NCBI GenBank assembly: GCA_963676835.2
Contig: CAXXFF010000002.1
Span: 1,472,001-1,536,000 of the forward strand
Origin: Marispirochaeta sp.
GTDB taxonomy: Bacteria; Spirochaetota; Spirochaetia; JC444; Marispirochaetaceae
Direction of reading: 5' to 3'
DNA: 64,000 bases
Within the stretch, counting starts at the first letter, position 1. Every line of letters starts with the position of its first letter. Made by a program: the position numbers and the translations under genes. Of this stretch, positions 18,901 through 28,678 are shown one piece after another. The notes beneath the pieces are model-generated. The model saw nothing but the letters and a program-made list of their open reading frames with translations. It searched no databases and was not told the DNA's origin.

Positions 18901-21427
18901 CAGCGATGGCGACGGTAAAGCCCTGGTAACCATCGAAGCGGATCAGCAGATTGTTGAGAGCCGCTGGATTGATACTTCTGCAAACACTACGGACTACACT
19001 TTCCGTGCAGAACACAGCATGGCTCCCAATATTTATGTCCATGTCCTCTATGTGCAGCCCCATATGCAGACTGTCAATGACAGGCCCATTAGAACCTACG
19101 GTGTGGTTCCGGTGACGGTTGAGGACCCGGTTACGGTAATTTCTCCGAAAATTATTACCGATGACGTATACGAACCCGGCAGCCTGATCTCCATCCGTGT
19201 TTCTGAAGAACACGGCCGTGCCATGGCTTACACCCTTGCGGTTGTGGATGAAGGTCTTCTGGGTATTACCCGTTTTCAGACTCCCGACCCCCGGACGGAA
19301 ATATTCCGCCGAAGGGCATCGGGTATGAAAACCTGGGATATTTATGACTATGTCGCCGGTGCCTACTCGGGAGAACTGAACACCTTGCTGGCAATCGGTG
19401 GTGGTGACGAGGGGGCCGGTGCCGGAAAGAAGAAACAGAACCGCTTTGAACCGGTAGCCCTGTTTATTCCCCCTTCATCCATAGCCGCGGGGGAAACAAA
19501 GGTACATCAGATCAAACTTCCCCAGTATGTCGGGGCAGTAAGGGTAATGCTTGTGGCGGCCGACCGGGGGGCCTATGGTTCTGTGGAAAAAGAGGTGCCC
19601 GTTAAAAAGGATCTTATGGTTGTAGGTACCGCCCCCCGGGTGGTCAGTCCCAATGAAACCTTTGATATTCCTGTCTCTCTCTTTGCCCTGGGAGAGTCCA
19701 TGTCCGGTGCAAGTCTTGCCATAGAGGTTCAGGGGCCGTTTTCCATCAACCAGAGTTCGAGAAAGCTTGTTGCCATTGAAAAGCCCGGGGAGTATGAAGA
19801 GAGCTTTTCCGTAAGGTCCGCCGACAGCCTCGGGTTCGGCTCTATTGTAATAACCGCTAAGGGAGGAGGGCACACTGCTGTCAGCCGTATTCCCCTTGAG
19901 GTACGCAGCCCGGCACCTGAGCTGCATCAGGTGGCGGTTCAGGATATCAGCCTCGATCCCGACAGTTCAGACAGCCGGTTTATAGAGTTTTTCGGAATAC
20001 CCGGATCAAACACCCTTACTGTGGAAGCGGCGGCTATTCCGCCCATGGATCTCTCCCGCAGGCTTGAGTATCTGATCCGCTATCCCCATGGCTGTATTGA
20101 GCAGACAGTGTCATCTGTATTTCCCCAGCTGTTTCTGTCGGACCTGACCAACCTCACCGAGGCTGAAAAAAGCAGTGCCCGCGCCAATATTGAGGCGGGC
20201 ATCTCACGACTGGCCGGCTTCCGTACAGCTTCGGGGGGATTCTCCTACTGGCCGGGACAGAGTGAAGACAGCCTCTGGGGAACCAACTATGCCGGCCATT
20301 TTATGCTAGAGGCTAAGGCCCGGGGATATGCGGTGCCTGCAGATCTTTATGAAGGCTGGGTAAGCTTTCAGGCGGCAAAGGCCAATGAAGCCTATCCCCG
20401 CCGTGATCAGGATAAAATGATTCAGGCCTACAGGCTTTATACCCTTGCCCGGGCGGGAAGTCCCGATTTCGCTGCCATGAACCGGCTGAGGGAAACCGGG
20501 AACCTGCCGGAAGCGGCCCGCTGGCGGCTGGCTGCGGCATACGGTATGGCAGGCCTGAAAGAGGATGGACGCAGACTGGCGGCCGGTGCGGGGACGGATG
20601 TCTCTTCCTATATTGAGTATTCAGGCACATTCGGTAACCGGGACCGGGACCGGGCCTTTATTCTGGAAGCCCTGGTGGAACTCGGCCAGCGCACCCAGGC
20701 GGCCCGGCTTGCCCGGGAAATCTCAGGTGTAATGACCTCGGACAGATCTCTCAGCACCCAGACCTGTGCCTACGGTCTGCTTGCCATGGCCAAGTTCGGC
20801 ATGGACGATGCAAAGAACGAACCCCTGACGCTGGAGATAGTCTGGGACGGCGGGCGCCGTCAGTCCTTCTCCACGGACAAGCCGGTTCTCACCATTCCCA
20901 TAGCTCCTGGAAACAGTCTCAATGGAAACCTTGAAATACGCAACAATTCGGGACGAAGAATCTATCCCCGCATACTTACCGGAGGGGTACCCCGGCAGGG
21001 CAGTGAGCAGGGGGTAAACCAGGGGCTGGTAACCAGTGTCCGCTACAAGGATAAAGATGGAAGGGATCTTCCGGGGGACCGCTTCTATCATGGAGATGAA
21101 ATAAGAATAGAGATCGAGGTTTACAATAATACCCGTACCAACTACGAAGAGCTGGTTTTAAGCCATATGCTTCCCGCGGGGTTTGAGATCTTTAATGAAC
21201 GTCTCTCCGGGGATACCTCTTCCCGGGCTGAGTATGACTACCGGGATATCCGGGATGACCGGGTATATACCTATTTTGATCTTGAGGGGCGGAAAAGAAA
21301 AACCTTCACCCTGTATGTAAATGCCGGATATGCCGGAAAGTTCTACCTGCCGCCGATACTGACCCAGGCTATGTATAATCCGGATGTTCAGTCGGTTGTT
21401 CCGGGGCAGTGGATCAGCATTGAATAA
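15917..21427 (+). CDS. yfhM: Bacterial alpha-2-macroglobulin lipoprotein (YfhM-like)
   Basis: Lipobox FSTC, DRGVWRPG MG2 motif, LAVVDEG, thioester motif YPHGCIEQ, DIRDDRV; followed by pbpC. Confidence 0.95.
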   Translation: MKKHYLPISVLLFAALLFSTCTSSAVNTLPDPRQIQAVTSGELGLSSPVRIVFTKALGEQGTVPAVNPLHIRPRVAGSVVWEDDWTLKFTPEELYRPDTEYRISFSAESGPFSEIKSFEYGCHTVSDSLLLEKETLRIPDPSVAESMVLSCAVTAAEGLTADAVAEKIEAKLDGRVLPVFVAPSPDSDGYSLSVDGIVKSGKSADLVLSWSEKQGGKVRKLQKVVTVPGSSDFSVLSIRPVPEPNEHIEIVFSQPLNETQPLEGLVSAMGLENLTLNRKSNIVRLYSNRKLPKSAEVLVSELVMSSGGVALGSDNRSTVRIPSQKPLVRFVGNGVIIPTSQGTTVPIETLNLSAFMVEAVKIYGDNMRQFLQINDLDGDKEMYRVGDVIWRKVIQLDWDDENTDRWVRYGLDVSPLIKGDPDGMYQLRVTFRRPHIKYPGAEGATAEPVTWDNLSAGESGESSFWDNWQPNYSWDYRRNRNDPNHPAYYQKWNDHDISAARNVLVSNLGLIVQQGADADAMEISATDLRTAEPVRSAEVSILNYQGRVLDSARTSGSGTATLKSPAEAFLVTASRGSDRAYVKVNDQSALETSQFDVKGVKPHKGVYGFIYGDRGVWRPGDTAHMSFMLHDPQRVIPHNHPVVMELSDPRGSVRESRTVTDNEGGLYYFPIDFAADAQTGNWTMRLRLGGQVFEKTVKVESVMPNRLKIMLDLASAGGAGEALSNGILSGTLSSVWLHGAIASDLKASVDMSFSPAQTSFPGYSEYVFDDPVGQFFSDRESIFSGNLDEDGKAQIRKSVRINDAPGRLTATASTRVYETGGSYSSEYVSFPFDPYDQYAGIKVPKGDAARGMLLTDEDQRIDIALLNKDGSRVSSGRVKVELIKLNWRWWWETDEENLSNFMRRRSYTVRLEDEIDISNGRGSWTFQLHYPEWGRYLIRATDRSSGHVTGKIVYIDWPGWAGKGQKEGMGSASMLVLSADKTACTVGEEVTVSFPSDGDGKALVTIEADQQIVESRWIDTSANTTDYTFRAEHSMAPNIYVHVLYVQPHMQTVNDRPIRTYGVVPVTVEDPVTVISPKIITDDVYEPGSLISIRVSEEHGRAMAYTLAVVDEGLLGITRFQTPDPRTEIFRRRASGMKTWDIYDYVAGAYSGELNTLLAIGGGDEGAGAGKKKQNRFEPVALFIPPSSIAAGETKVHQIKLPQYVGAVRVMLVAADRGAYGSVEKEVPVKKDLMVVGTAPRVVSPNETFDIPVSLFALGESMSGASLAIEVQGPFSINQSSRKLVAIEKPGEYEESFSVRSADSLGFGSIVITAKGGGHTAVSRIPLEVRSPAPELHQVAVQDISLDPDSSDSRFIEFFGIPGSNTLTVEAAAIPPMDLSRRLEYLIRYPHGCIEQTVSSVFPQLFLSDLTNLTEAEKSSARANIEAGISRLAGFRTASGGFSYWPGQSEDSLWGTNYAGHFMLEAKARGYAVPADLYEGWVSFQAAKANEAYPRRDQDKMIQAYRLYTLARAGSPDFAAMNRLRETGNLPEAARWRLAAAYGMAGLKEDGRRLAAGAGTDVSSYIEYSGTFGNRDRDRAFILEALVELGQRTQAARLAREISGVMTSDRSLSTQTCAYGLLAMAKFGMDDAKNEPLTLEIVWDGGRRQSFSTDKPVLTIPIAPGNSLNGNLEIRNNSGRRIYPRILTGGVPRQGSEQGVNQGLVTSVRYKDKDGRDLPGDRFYHGDEIRIEIEVYNNTRTNYEELVLSHMLPAGFEIFNERLSGDTSSRAEYDYRDIRDDRVYTYFDLEGRKRKTFTLYVNAGYAGKFYLPPILTQAMYNPDVQSVVPGQWISIE

Positions 21428-23768
21428 CAGCTTTCTCAAAAAGCTGATGGCTGCACCCCTGCTGGTTCAGCTACTGATTCTGCTGATCTGGTGGGCTGCC
21501 TTTCCGGCAGAGCTTTTTCCTCCCCGGTATTCAAGGGTTCTCCTTGACCGGGAAGGGGAGCTTCTCTCCGCCCGGATTGCAAGCGACGGGCAGTGGCGCT
21601 TTCCCTCCTTGTTAGAATCAGGATCAGTCCTTCCTGAGAAATACCGGCAGGCTCTGATCCGTTTTGAAGACCGCCGCTACTATTCCCACTCCGGTATCGA
21701 TGTTCCGGCACTTTTCCGTGCCTTCCGGGATAATCTGGCAGCCGGGGAGGTTGTCAGCGGCGGTTCCACCATTACCATGCAGGTAATGCGTATGAGCCTG
21801 GGGAATCCAGGGCGGACATTGCTGCAGAAAGGTTATGAAGCACTCCTTGCCCTGCAGGCAAACCTGCGTTTCAGCAAGGATGATCTTCTCGCAGTCTATG
21901 CCTCCAACGCACCCTTCGGCGGGAATGTGGTGGGAATTGAAGCGGCTTCCTGGCGCTATTTTCACCGGGATCCCTACAATATCTCCTGGGCCGAGGCGGC
22001 CCTGCTTGCGGTGCTTCCCAACAGTCCCTCCGCCATCAATCTGGAAACCGGCAGAGCCCTGTTAAAAGAGAAGCGGGACCGGCTTCTTGAAGGACTTGCC
22101 GAAACGGGCATTATCAGTCAGGAGGATCTCCGCTTTGCAGAAAGCGAGCCGGTTCCTTCCGCCCCCTATCCTCTGGATGATCTTGCGCCTCATGTGATGG
22201 ATTACTTTTCCGCAGAAGATGGGGGCTTCCGCAAATACGGGGGCAAAATTGTTACCACCATAGATCGAAACCTGCAGATAAACGCCGCGGATATCCTGAA
22301 CCGAAACGGACGGCTGTTGAACAACTACGATGTAGAGAATGCGGCGGCCCTGATGGCTGATACGGCAAGCGGAGAAATCCGTGCCTATATCGGAAATCTG
22401 ACCTATCCGGGAGTGCAGGACCGGCATGTCGATATTGTTTCCTCTCCCCGCAGTACGGGCAGTCTCTTAAAGCCCTTTCTCTATGCGGCCATGATGGATG
22501 ACGGGATGCTCCTTCCCCGGCAGCTTGTGCCGGATGTTCCCGTAAAGATCGGCACCTATGTGCCGGAAAACCATACCCACGAGTTCCGGGGTGCGGTGCC
22601 TGCGGATCAGGCCCTGATTCACTCCCTTAATGTTCCCATGGCTCTGCTGCTGCGGGATTACGGGGTGGACCGTTTCTACGGTGTTCTGAAGGAGCTGGGA
22701 ATGAGTACCCTCTACAGGACTGCCGATGGTTACGGTATTACCCTGATCCTCGGAGGAGCGGAAGGGATCCTCTATGATCTGGTTGGTATGTATGCCGGGC
22801 TTACCTCCGCGTTGATTCCCTCCGGAGGAGCGCTGCGGCCGCCATATAAAACCCTGCGTCTGCGGGAGGGGACTCCCGACTATGTAAAAGACAGTGCTGC
22901 AGTAAGCTCAGCCGCCTGGTGGCTGACCCTGCAGGCCATGCAGCAGCTGGACCGCCCCGGCGAAGAGGGAGCCTGGGAATCCTACTCCTCCGCCCGCCGG
23001 ATAGCCTGGAAAACCGGAACCAGCTACGGCAACCGGGATGCCTGGTCCATAGGGCTTACCGCAGATATGACTATAGGTGTATGGGCAGGAAATGCCAGGG
23101 GAAATGGTAATCCCGCATTGAAAGGCTCCGAGGCGGCGGCCCCGATTCTCTTTGATCTTTTCAATCTGGTTGAACAGGAGAAAGAACTGCATAAACCGGC
23201 AGGCTTTATTGAGGTCGAAACCTGTGCCGAGAGCGGTTATCTTGCAGGTCCTTACTGCACTGACCGGGAATATACCGCAGTGCCGTCAAAACCCAACCGG
23301 GTATGCCCCTACTGCCGTATTGTTCATACCGACGCCGACGGGTTGTATCAGGTGGACAGCTCGGTCCTTTCCCCGGACCGTATTGTCAGCACGCCCCGCT
23401 TTGTGCTGCCCCCCCAGATGGAGTGGTACTATCTGAAACGGAGTGCAGATTACTCCCGGCTGCCTCCGCTGCATCCGGAGCTTGCACAAAATGGAGCCGA
23501 CGGCAGGCTGGTTCTGGTGAACCCGGCCCGGGGAGATACGGTCTACCTGCCCCTGGATTTTGGTTCAGGACGGGAGAAGCTTGTGTGTGAGGCCTTTCAT
23601 TCCAATCCGCAGGAAATGCTGTTCTGGCATCTCGACGATGAATTTCTGGGCAGTACAAGTGGTTTTCATACCATAGAAATAAGCCCGGGCCCGGGGGTAC
23701 ACTCTGTGACGGTTATGGATGGGGAGGGGTACTATCAATCCCATACCATAACAATTGTACAGGAATAA
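21420..23768 (+). CDS. pbpC: Penicillin-binding protein 1C
   Basis: FEDRRY, SGGSTITMQ transglycosylase; SLLK, SLN, KTG transpeptidase motifs; C-terminal BiPBP domain; start TTG 21420 or ATG 21447. Confidence 0.93.
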   Translation: MNNSFLKKLMAAPLLVQLLILLIWWAAFPAELFPPRYSRVLLDREGELLSARIASDGQWRFPSLLESGSVLPEKYRQALIRFEDRRYYSHSGIDVPALFRAFRDNLAAGEVVSGGSTITMQVMRMSLGNPGRTLLQKGYEALLALQANLRFSKDDLLAVYASNAPFGGNVVGIEAASWRYFHRDPYNISWAEAALLAVLPNSPSAINLETGRALLKEKRDRLLEGLAETGIISQEDLRFAESEPVPSAPYPLDDLAPHVMDYFSAEDGGFRKYGGKIVTTIDRNLQINAADILNRNGRLLNNYDVENAAALMADTASGEIRAYIGNLTYPGVQDRHVDIVSSPRSTGSLLKPFLYAAMMDDGMLLPRQLVPDVPVKIGTYVPENHTHEFRGAVPADQALIHSLNVPMALLLRDYGVDRFYGVLKELGMSTLYRTADGYGITLILGGAEGILYDLVGMYAGLTSALIPSGGALRPPYKTLRLREGTPDYVKDSAAVSSAAWWLTLQAMQQLDRPGEEGAWESYSSARRIAWKTGTSYGNRDAWSIGLTADMTIGVWAGNARGNGNPALKGSEAAAPILFDLFNLVEQEKELHKPAGFIEVETCAESGYLAGPYCTDREYTAVPSKPNRVCPYCRIVHTDADGLYQVDSSVLSPDRIVSTPRFVLPPQMEWYYLKRSADYSRLPPLHPELAQNGADGRLVLVNPARGDTVYLPLDFGSGREKLVCEAFHSNPQEMLFWHLDDEFLGSTSGFHTIEISPGPGVHSVTVMDGEGYYQSHTITIVQE

Positions 23769-23783
23769 ACAGGTCCCTCTGAT

Positions 23784-24920
23784 TCAGTCTGACGGTAGAG
23801 AGTGAAACATTTCCAGCTTGCAATATGGAAAAGACATACAAATTTCCAGAGTTTCTTTCTCTTTTATCCGGTATTCGCCTTCAAGCTGATCTTCTATCAG
23901 GCTTTTAATTATAAGCAGGGCGGTTCCTTCCGGCAGGTTCATTGTTCCTTTTTTGAATGAATCTCTGAATGCACCCTCAAAACTGATTCTCAGTGCAATG
24001 CCGGTCTCCGATTGTTCATGCTCCAGGGAAATGTGGTATTTCTCTCTCTTTTTTCCCATGGTTATTTGGGAAATGAGATTACGAAAAACCTCAGTCAGGG
24101 CTATTCCTAAGGTAAAAGACTGATTGATCTCCAGAATCAGGGCCTGGTCGGGAAGATCCAGACTACAATCATTTCTATCGATATTCCGGTCTCTGCGTTC
24201 AGCCAGGAACATTCTGGAAATAAAAACGGTCATATCAATGCTGTTCATGGTTTTTGAATGCAGCAGCAGCCCTTGAATCTGAGCCATTGTCCGAATACGG
24301 GAATTGAATCTTTCTATAAATCCTGTAACTTCCTGGTTCGTATTTTTTGGTTTGTCTATTGCTGCCAGGCTCTGAATAAACTGCAGATTGTTATTGACCC
24401 GATGATAAACTTCCTGAAGAAGAAACGTCCTCTGCTGCAGTGTTTTTTCGAGGACCAGATTCTGAGTGTTCAGTTCTCTGGTCCGTTCCCGCACAATTGA
24501 TGAAAGGTCGATATTCGTTTGTTCCAGCTGCCGTCGATTTTTCAGCAGCTTGATCTGGGATTCCAGACGGGCGAGCAGTTCTCTTTGATCAAAAGGCTTA
24601 CTGATATAATCCGCCCCTCCGGCCTCCAGGGCATCATCTATTACCGTCTGATCTGCAGATGCGGAAAGAAACAGAATTGGAATTGTCGCATAAACTGGAT
24701 CCGCCTTAAGCTGCCGGCAGAATTCTATGCCGTCTATTCCCGGAAGGGAAATATCCAGCAGTATCAGGTCTATTGAATACTCATGCAGAATGGTGAGGGC
24801 ATCGGCTGCGTTGAAGGCGGCGGCTATCCAGTGGTCTTCCTTATGCAGGACAGTGTTCAGCATAAACAGGTCGTCCCTGCTGTCATCGACAATAAGTATT
24901 TTCCAGCGGTGTCTGCTCAT
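23784..24920 (-). CDS. Response regulator with C-terminal HisKA_2-type (degenerate) kinase domain
   Basis: ILIVDD..LLDISLP..ADYISKPF receiver; EVYHRVNNNLQ H-box. Confidence 0.85.
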   Translation of the reverse strand: MSRHRWKILIVDDSRDDLFMLNTVLHKEDHWIAAAFNAADALTILHEYSIDLILLDISLPGIDGIEFCRQLKADPVYATIPILFLSASADQTVIDDALEAGGADYISKPFDQRELLARLESQIKLLKNRRQLEQTNIDLSSIVRERTRELNTQNLVLEKTLQQRTFLLQEVYHRVNNNLQFIQSLAAIDKPKNTNQEVTGFIERFNSRIRTMAQIQGLLLHSKTMNSIDMTVFISRMFLAERRDRNIDRNDCSLDLPDQALILEINQSFTLGIALTEVFRNLISQITMGKKREKYHISLEHEQSETGIALRISFEGAFRDSFKKGTMNLPEGTALLIIKSLIEDQLEGEYRIKEKETLEICMSFPYCKLEMFHSLPSD

Positions 24921-27484
24921 TGGCCGGATGCTTCCTTGTTAAGGGTATTTAACAGTTTTCTGAACTCATGCTGTAATACCTGAATACGTAACGGGTCGAA
25001 GGATGCGACAGCAAGGGTGAGAGCATGTGTCCAGGGGAGCAGCTGGGGAGCATGGTGTTCTTCAGCAAGCAGTTCTATTTCTCCTGCTATTTCGAGATAT
25101 TCATCTACCAGCAGATTGCTGCCGATTTTATTCAGTCTGGGCAGGTAGCGTTCTTGCAGTATGGTAGAAAGCTCCAGGGATGAAAATTCTGCCGGAGCCT
25201 GATACGGTATCTCATCATTTTCCGATCTGGTTATCGTTTCGAAGGAGAGTATTTTTTTCAGCTCGTCTATAAGCAGGGCAGGGGAAACAGGTTTAAGAAT
25301 AAATGCATTACATACAGGTTCCAGACGTTCCCGTTCTTCTCTGTCAGTTGAGGCTGTAAGCAGGATAACCGGCACCGAGGTTGTCTCTTTCCGGTTCCTG
25401 AGCCAGGTGAGCAATTCCACTCCATCCATGACCGGCATTTTTATATCTGCAATTATGAGATCGGGTGTAAAAATTCTTAGAATCTCCAGTGCTTCCTGTC
25501 CGTTGGAAGCAGTTCTGAATTGAATGGGGCTTTCATGCAGATAGCTCTCTATAAGCAGGTTATTCGCCGGAACATCGTCTACCAGCAGGATGGATGCCGG
25601 TTTAAAACGAATGGATCTGTAGTTTATATCAGGTTCTGCCGTGTCTGCTGCAGTTCGGGCAGGTTGGACTTTGTGCAGTACAAGGGTAAATGTACTGCCG
25701 GAGTTGGGTGTGCTCTTAAGGTGTATTTCTCCATTCATAAGGCCGGCGAGCTGCCTGCATATGGAGAGGCCCAGCCCTGTGCCTCCGTACGATCTGTTTT
25801 GCAGGCTGGTACTCTGCTCGAAGGGCCTGAAAATACGCTCCTGCTCGTCGGGAGTAATGCCTATGCCGGTGTCCTGGACATTGACTGTGAGGATCCCCTC
25901 CGCATAATCCACTGAAAGTGCAACTCCGCCCTTCCGGGTGAATTTAATGGCATTAGCAATCAGATTAATGATGATCTGCCGTAGTCTCTCCTGATCAAGG
26001 ATAAGCAGTTCCGGTATCTTTTCTCCGATATTTACGGCAAACCAGAGATCTTTCTTCGCCGCTGCCGGAGTATAGATATACCGCAGCTCCTCTATGAGTG
26101 CCGTAACATCTGTCGCTTCGGGATGCAGCTCCAGCTTGCCTGCTTCAATCCTTGACAGGTTCAGCAGGCTGTTTATCAGGGACAGCAGGGAGTTTCCGCT
26201 TGAATGTATAGCCTTGAGGTATTTCTGCTTGAGGGGGTCGTGTTCATCCTGCCTGAGTATTTCGGTAAAACCCAGCACCGCATTCATGGGTGTACGGATC
26301 TCGTGGCTCATGTTTGCCAGGAAAACTGACTTGGTTCTGTTGGCGGCTTCTGCAGCTTCTTTGGCTTTCTCCATCTCCTCTGTATACAACTGCTGAAGGT
26401 AGGCGGTCCGATTCCGTACCCAGACCAGATAAGAGCTGATTAATAGAAAAAGCACAAACCCTGCCAGTACCGGTAAGGTCAGCAGCCTGTTGGCGCTGCT
26501 GAGAACTGAAGAATCCAGGAAGAGGATGCATTTCCAGTTTTCTGCAAATTTGACACTGTATGATGTGGTCTGAAGATTCAGGGATTCCTGATTAATGGTG
26601 GCGAAGGTGAAGAGTCCCCTGTCGGTTTCTATCTCGCCGTAATCATTATTCAGAATTCTTTCTGCCGCCTCCGGATAACGGGTTGTCAGGGTTGTTGTCT
26701 GTTTGTCATCAAACATAAATCCCCATTCATCTGCAGGTTCCGGACCCCTCAGCCAGTAGCCCTGGTCGTTAATCATCCAGAACTGAAGATCTCCCAGGGC
26801 GGCTGAATTATCAATTCTGTCCATCAGATTCTGTCCGAGGTAGTTGAGAATCAAAATCCCCCTGGACTGTCCGTTTTTGTCAAACAGCCGGGTTGCGGTT
26901 CGTATCATGGGTTTTCTCGGGGTTTCAATGCAGCCATTCTCAATATTCAGATCGAAGGGGGAGATGTATACCTCATCCTGTACTGTTTTCATAGTATCGG
27001 TGAAGTAATAGCGTTCGCTTTTATCCTGTAGTTCTGATAACGGTACCACAACCGGACTTCCTCTGTTGAGGTTTATACGTATTTGCTCCATACCCTGATT
27101 GTCAATGATGCGGAACTGATCATATACCTTTTGATCGTGGATAAAGCTGGTCATATCTGCGGTGATATCCAGATATGCACGCTCATAATCTTCCGGTACA
27201 GGAGTGTAAAAATAGTGGATGTGATCGATTTTACTGAGAAAGTGAGTATCGGCGGTTATCTTTCTCAGCTCAGCTTCGATACTGTCGGATACCAGCTGTA
27301 TGCTTTGCTGTTGTGTCTGTATTAATGCGGTTTTTTGCATTTTTTCCGGGACAAGTATTAACAGGAGGGAAAAGATTATCCCCAGGAGAACCACGGATAT
27401 CATCGATCTTGCGGTTTGCAGGATAAGCCCTGTTTTTTCTGACTTATCAAGGACTTTCTTTTTCGGAGACTCTCTGCTGGTCAC
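24917..27484 (-). CDS. Hybrid sensor histidine kinase (Cache-like sensor, HisKA, HATPase, receiver)
   Basis: Two TM segments, FLANMSHEIRTPMN, NLIANAIKFT, DTGIG, GGTGLGL, receiver DIKMP. Confidence 0.93.
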   Translation of the reverse strand: MTSRESPKKKVLDKSEKTGLILQTARSMISVVLLGIIFSLLLILVPEKMQKTALIQTQQQSIQLVSDSIEAELRKITADTHFLSKIDHIHYFYTPVPEDYERAYLDITADMTSFIHDQKVYDQFRIIDNQGMEQIRINLNRGSPVVVPLSELQDKSERYYFTDTMKTVQDEVYISPFDLNIENGCIETPRKPMIRTATRLFDKNGQSRGILILNYLGQNLMDRIDNSAALGDLQFWMINDQGYWLRGPEPADEWGFMFDDKQTTTLTTRYPEAAERILNNDYGEIETDRGLFTFATINQESLNLQTTSYSVKFAENWKCILFLDSSVLSSANRLLTLPVLAGFVLFLLISSYLVWVRNRTAYLQQLYTEEMEKAKEAAEAANRTKSVFLANMSHEIRTPMNAVLGFTEILRQDEHDPLKQKYLKAIHSSGNSLLSLINSLLNLSRIEAGKLELHPEATDVTALIEELRYIYTPAAAKKDLWFAVNIGEKIPELLILDQERLRQIIINLIANAIKFTRKGGVALSVDYAEGILTVNVQDTGIGITPDEQERIFRPFEQSTSLQNRSYGGTGLGLSICRQLAGLMNGEIHLKSTPNSGSTFTLVLHKVQPARTAADTAEPDINYRSIRFKPASILLVDDVPANNLLIESYLHESPIQFRTASNGQEALEILRIFTPDLIIADIKMPVMDGVELLTWLRNRKETTSVPVILLTASTDREERERLEPVCNAFILKPVSPALLIDELKKILSFETITRSENDEIPYQAPAEFSSLELSTILQERYLPRLNKIGSNLLVDEYLEIAGEIELLAEEHHAPQLLPWTHALTLAVASFDPLRIQVLQHEFRKLLNTLNKEASGQ

Positions 27485-27621
27485 ACTATGCTTCCTCTCT
27501 GATGCAGGTCTCCCTTGAGTCTAATGAACGGAAGGAGACATCGCAAATAATATTCAATCCTGTTATTGCTGGACATTTTCCGTAAAACTGATAAGATTGC
27601 CAAAAACCTGGAGATTGAAGC

Positions 27622-28614
27622 ATGAATATTAAAACTGTGTTTTATGCAATTGTTGTATGTGTAAGTGTTCTGATTATGGGATGTACTCCCAAAGCGGATG
27701 TTGCTGTTTCGGACCAGCCGGAAGCTGTACCTTCCTTCAATGCCGTTTACGACCTGATTACCCAGATTCCCGCGGATGAGTCAAAGTCGAAATTCAAAAC
27801 CGGAGATCTCAGACTGGTTTATGGAGAGAAAATCAGCTCTCTGAATGAAAGCGCCGAGGCGGAGACCTCCGGCGGCCAGGCTGTTACCTACGTGAAGATT
27901 CAGAATCAGGATGGTAAAGAGGCCTGGATTCCGCAGAAATGGTTTGTTCCGAACGGAAAGCTCGGCGTGGTAACCAGTTATGAGGCCGTTGTGTATAACT
28001 CCGCCAAAGTAATCGACCCTTCTTCGGATATAATCAGCCGGGGAACCCTGGTTGTCACTGTTCCCGATGAAACAGACAGCTTTGTCGAGTTTATTGCCTG
28101 GGATGAGGTTAAGGATAAATCCTACACCGGTAAGTTTCTGAAGGCAGAGGATATTTCTTTTAAAGAGATTGATGTTGATGCCGCCCGCTATCTGTTTCTT
28201 GCCTCTACCTTCGAGGGTCCCAATGCTGAGGTCCAGAAAAAGGAGCTGCTGAAAGCCGCTTACGATACAAAGAGTGCTGCCTTTATGAAAGAGATCACCA
28301 ATGAAATGAACTCCATGAAAGGCGATGCTCCTGCAGTCAGCAGTACTGCAAAAGAGGATACAGCAATTAAGCTGCCCACCAGGGAGGTTGAGGATTTTAC
28401 CTTCAGCGGGGTTCTCAATGACAGCAATGTGAATGTCCGGGATTATCCTTATGAGCAGGGCACTACTGTAGTCGCCCAGCTGAACTCCGGCGATGGAGTA
28501 GAAATCTCAAAAAGGACAGTCAACGCCTATACCGTGGGCGGTGTTACTGCAAACTGGTACTATATTTCCCAGCTTGACGGATGGATTTTCGGCGCATTTG
28601 TAGATCCAATGTAA
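27622..28614 (+). CDS. SH3-domain lipoprotein
   Basis: Lipobox IMGC; C-terminal NVNVRDYP...WYYI..DGWIFGAFV SH3b motif; SD GGAG. Confidence 0.8.
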   Translation: MNIKTVFYAIVVCVSVLIMGCTPKADVAVSDQPEAVPSFNAVYDLITQIPADESKSKFKTGDLRLVYGEKISSLNESAEAETSGGQAVTYVKIQNQDGKEAWIPQKWFVPNGKLGVVTSYEAVVYNSAKVIDPSSDIISRGTLVVTVPDETDSFVEFIAWDEVKDKSYTGKFLKAEDISFKEIDVDAARYLFLASTFEGPNAEVQKKELLKAAYDTKSAAFMKEITNEMNSMKGDAPAVSSTAKEDTAIKLPTREVEDFTFSGVLNDSNVNVRDYPYEQGTTVVAQLNSGDGVEISKRTVNAYTVGGVTANWYYISQLDGWIFGAFVDPM

Positions 28615-28640
28615 GCCATTGGTTGAATGTTCATTACACA

Positions 28641-28670
28641 GGGCTGTCCGGCTGCGGGCGGCCTTTTTTT
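28641..28670 (+). terminator. Rho-independent terminator
   Basis: GGCTGTCCG-gctg-CGGGCGGCC followed by T7. Confidence 0.7.
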
Positions 28671-28678
28671 CTGCTTCT

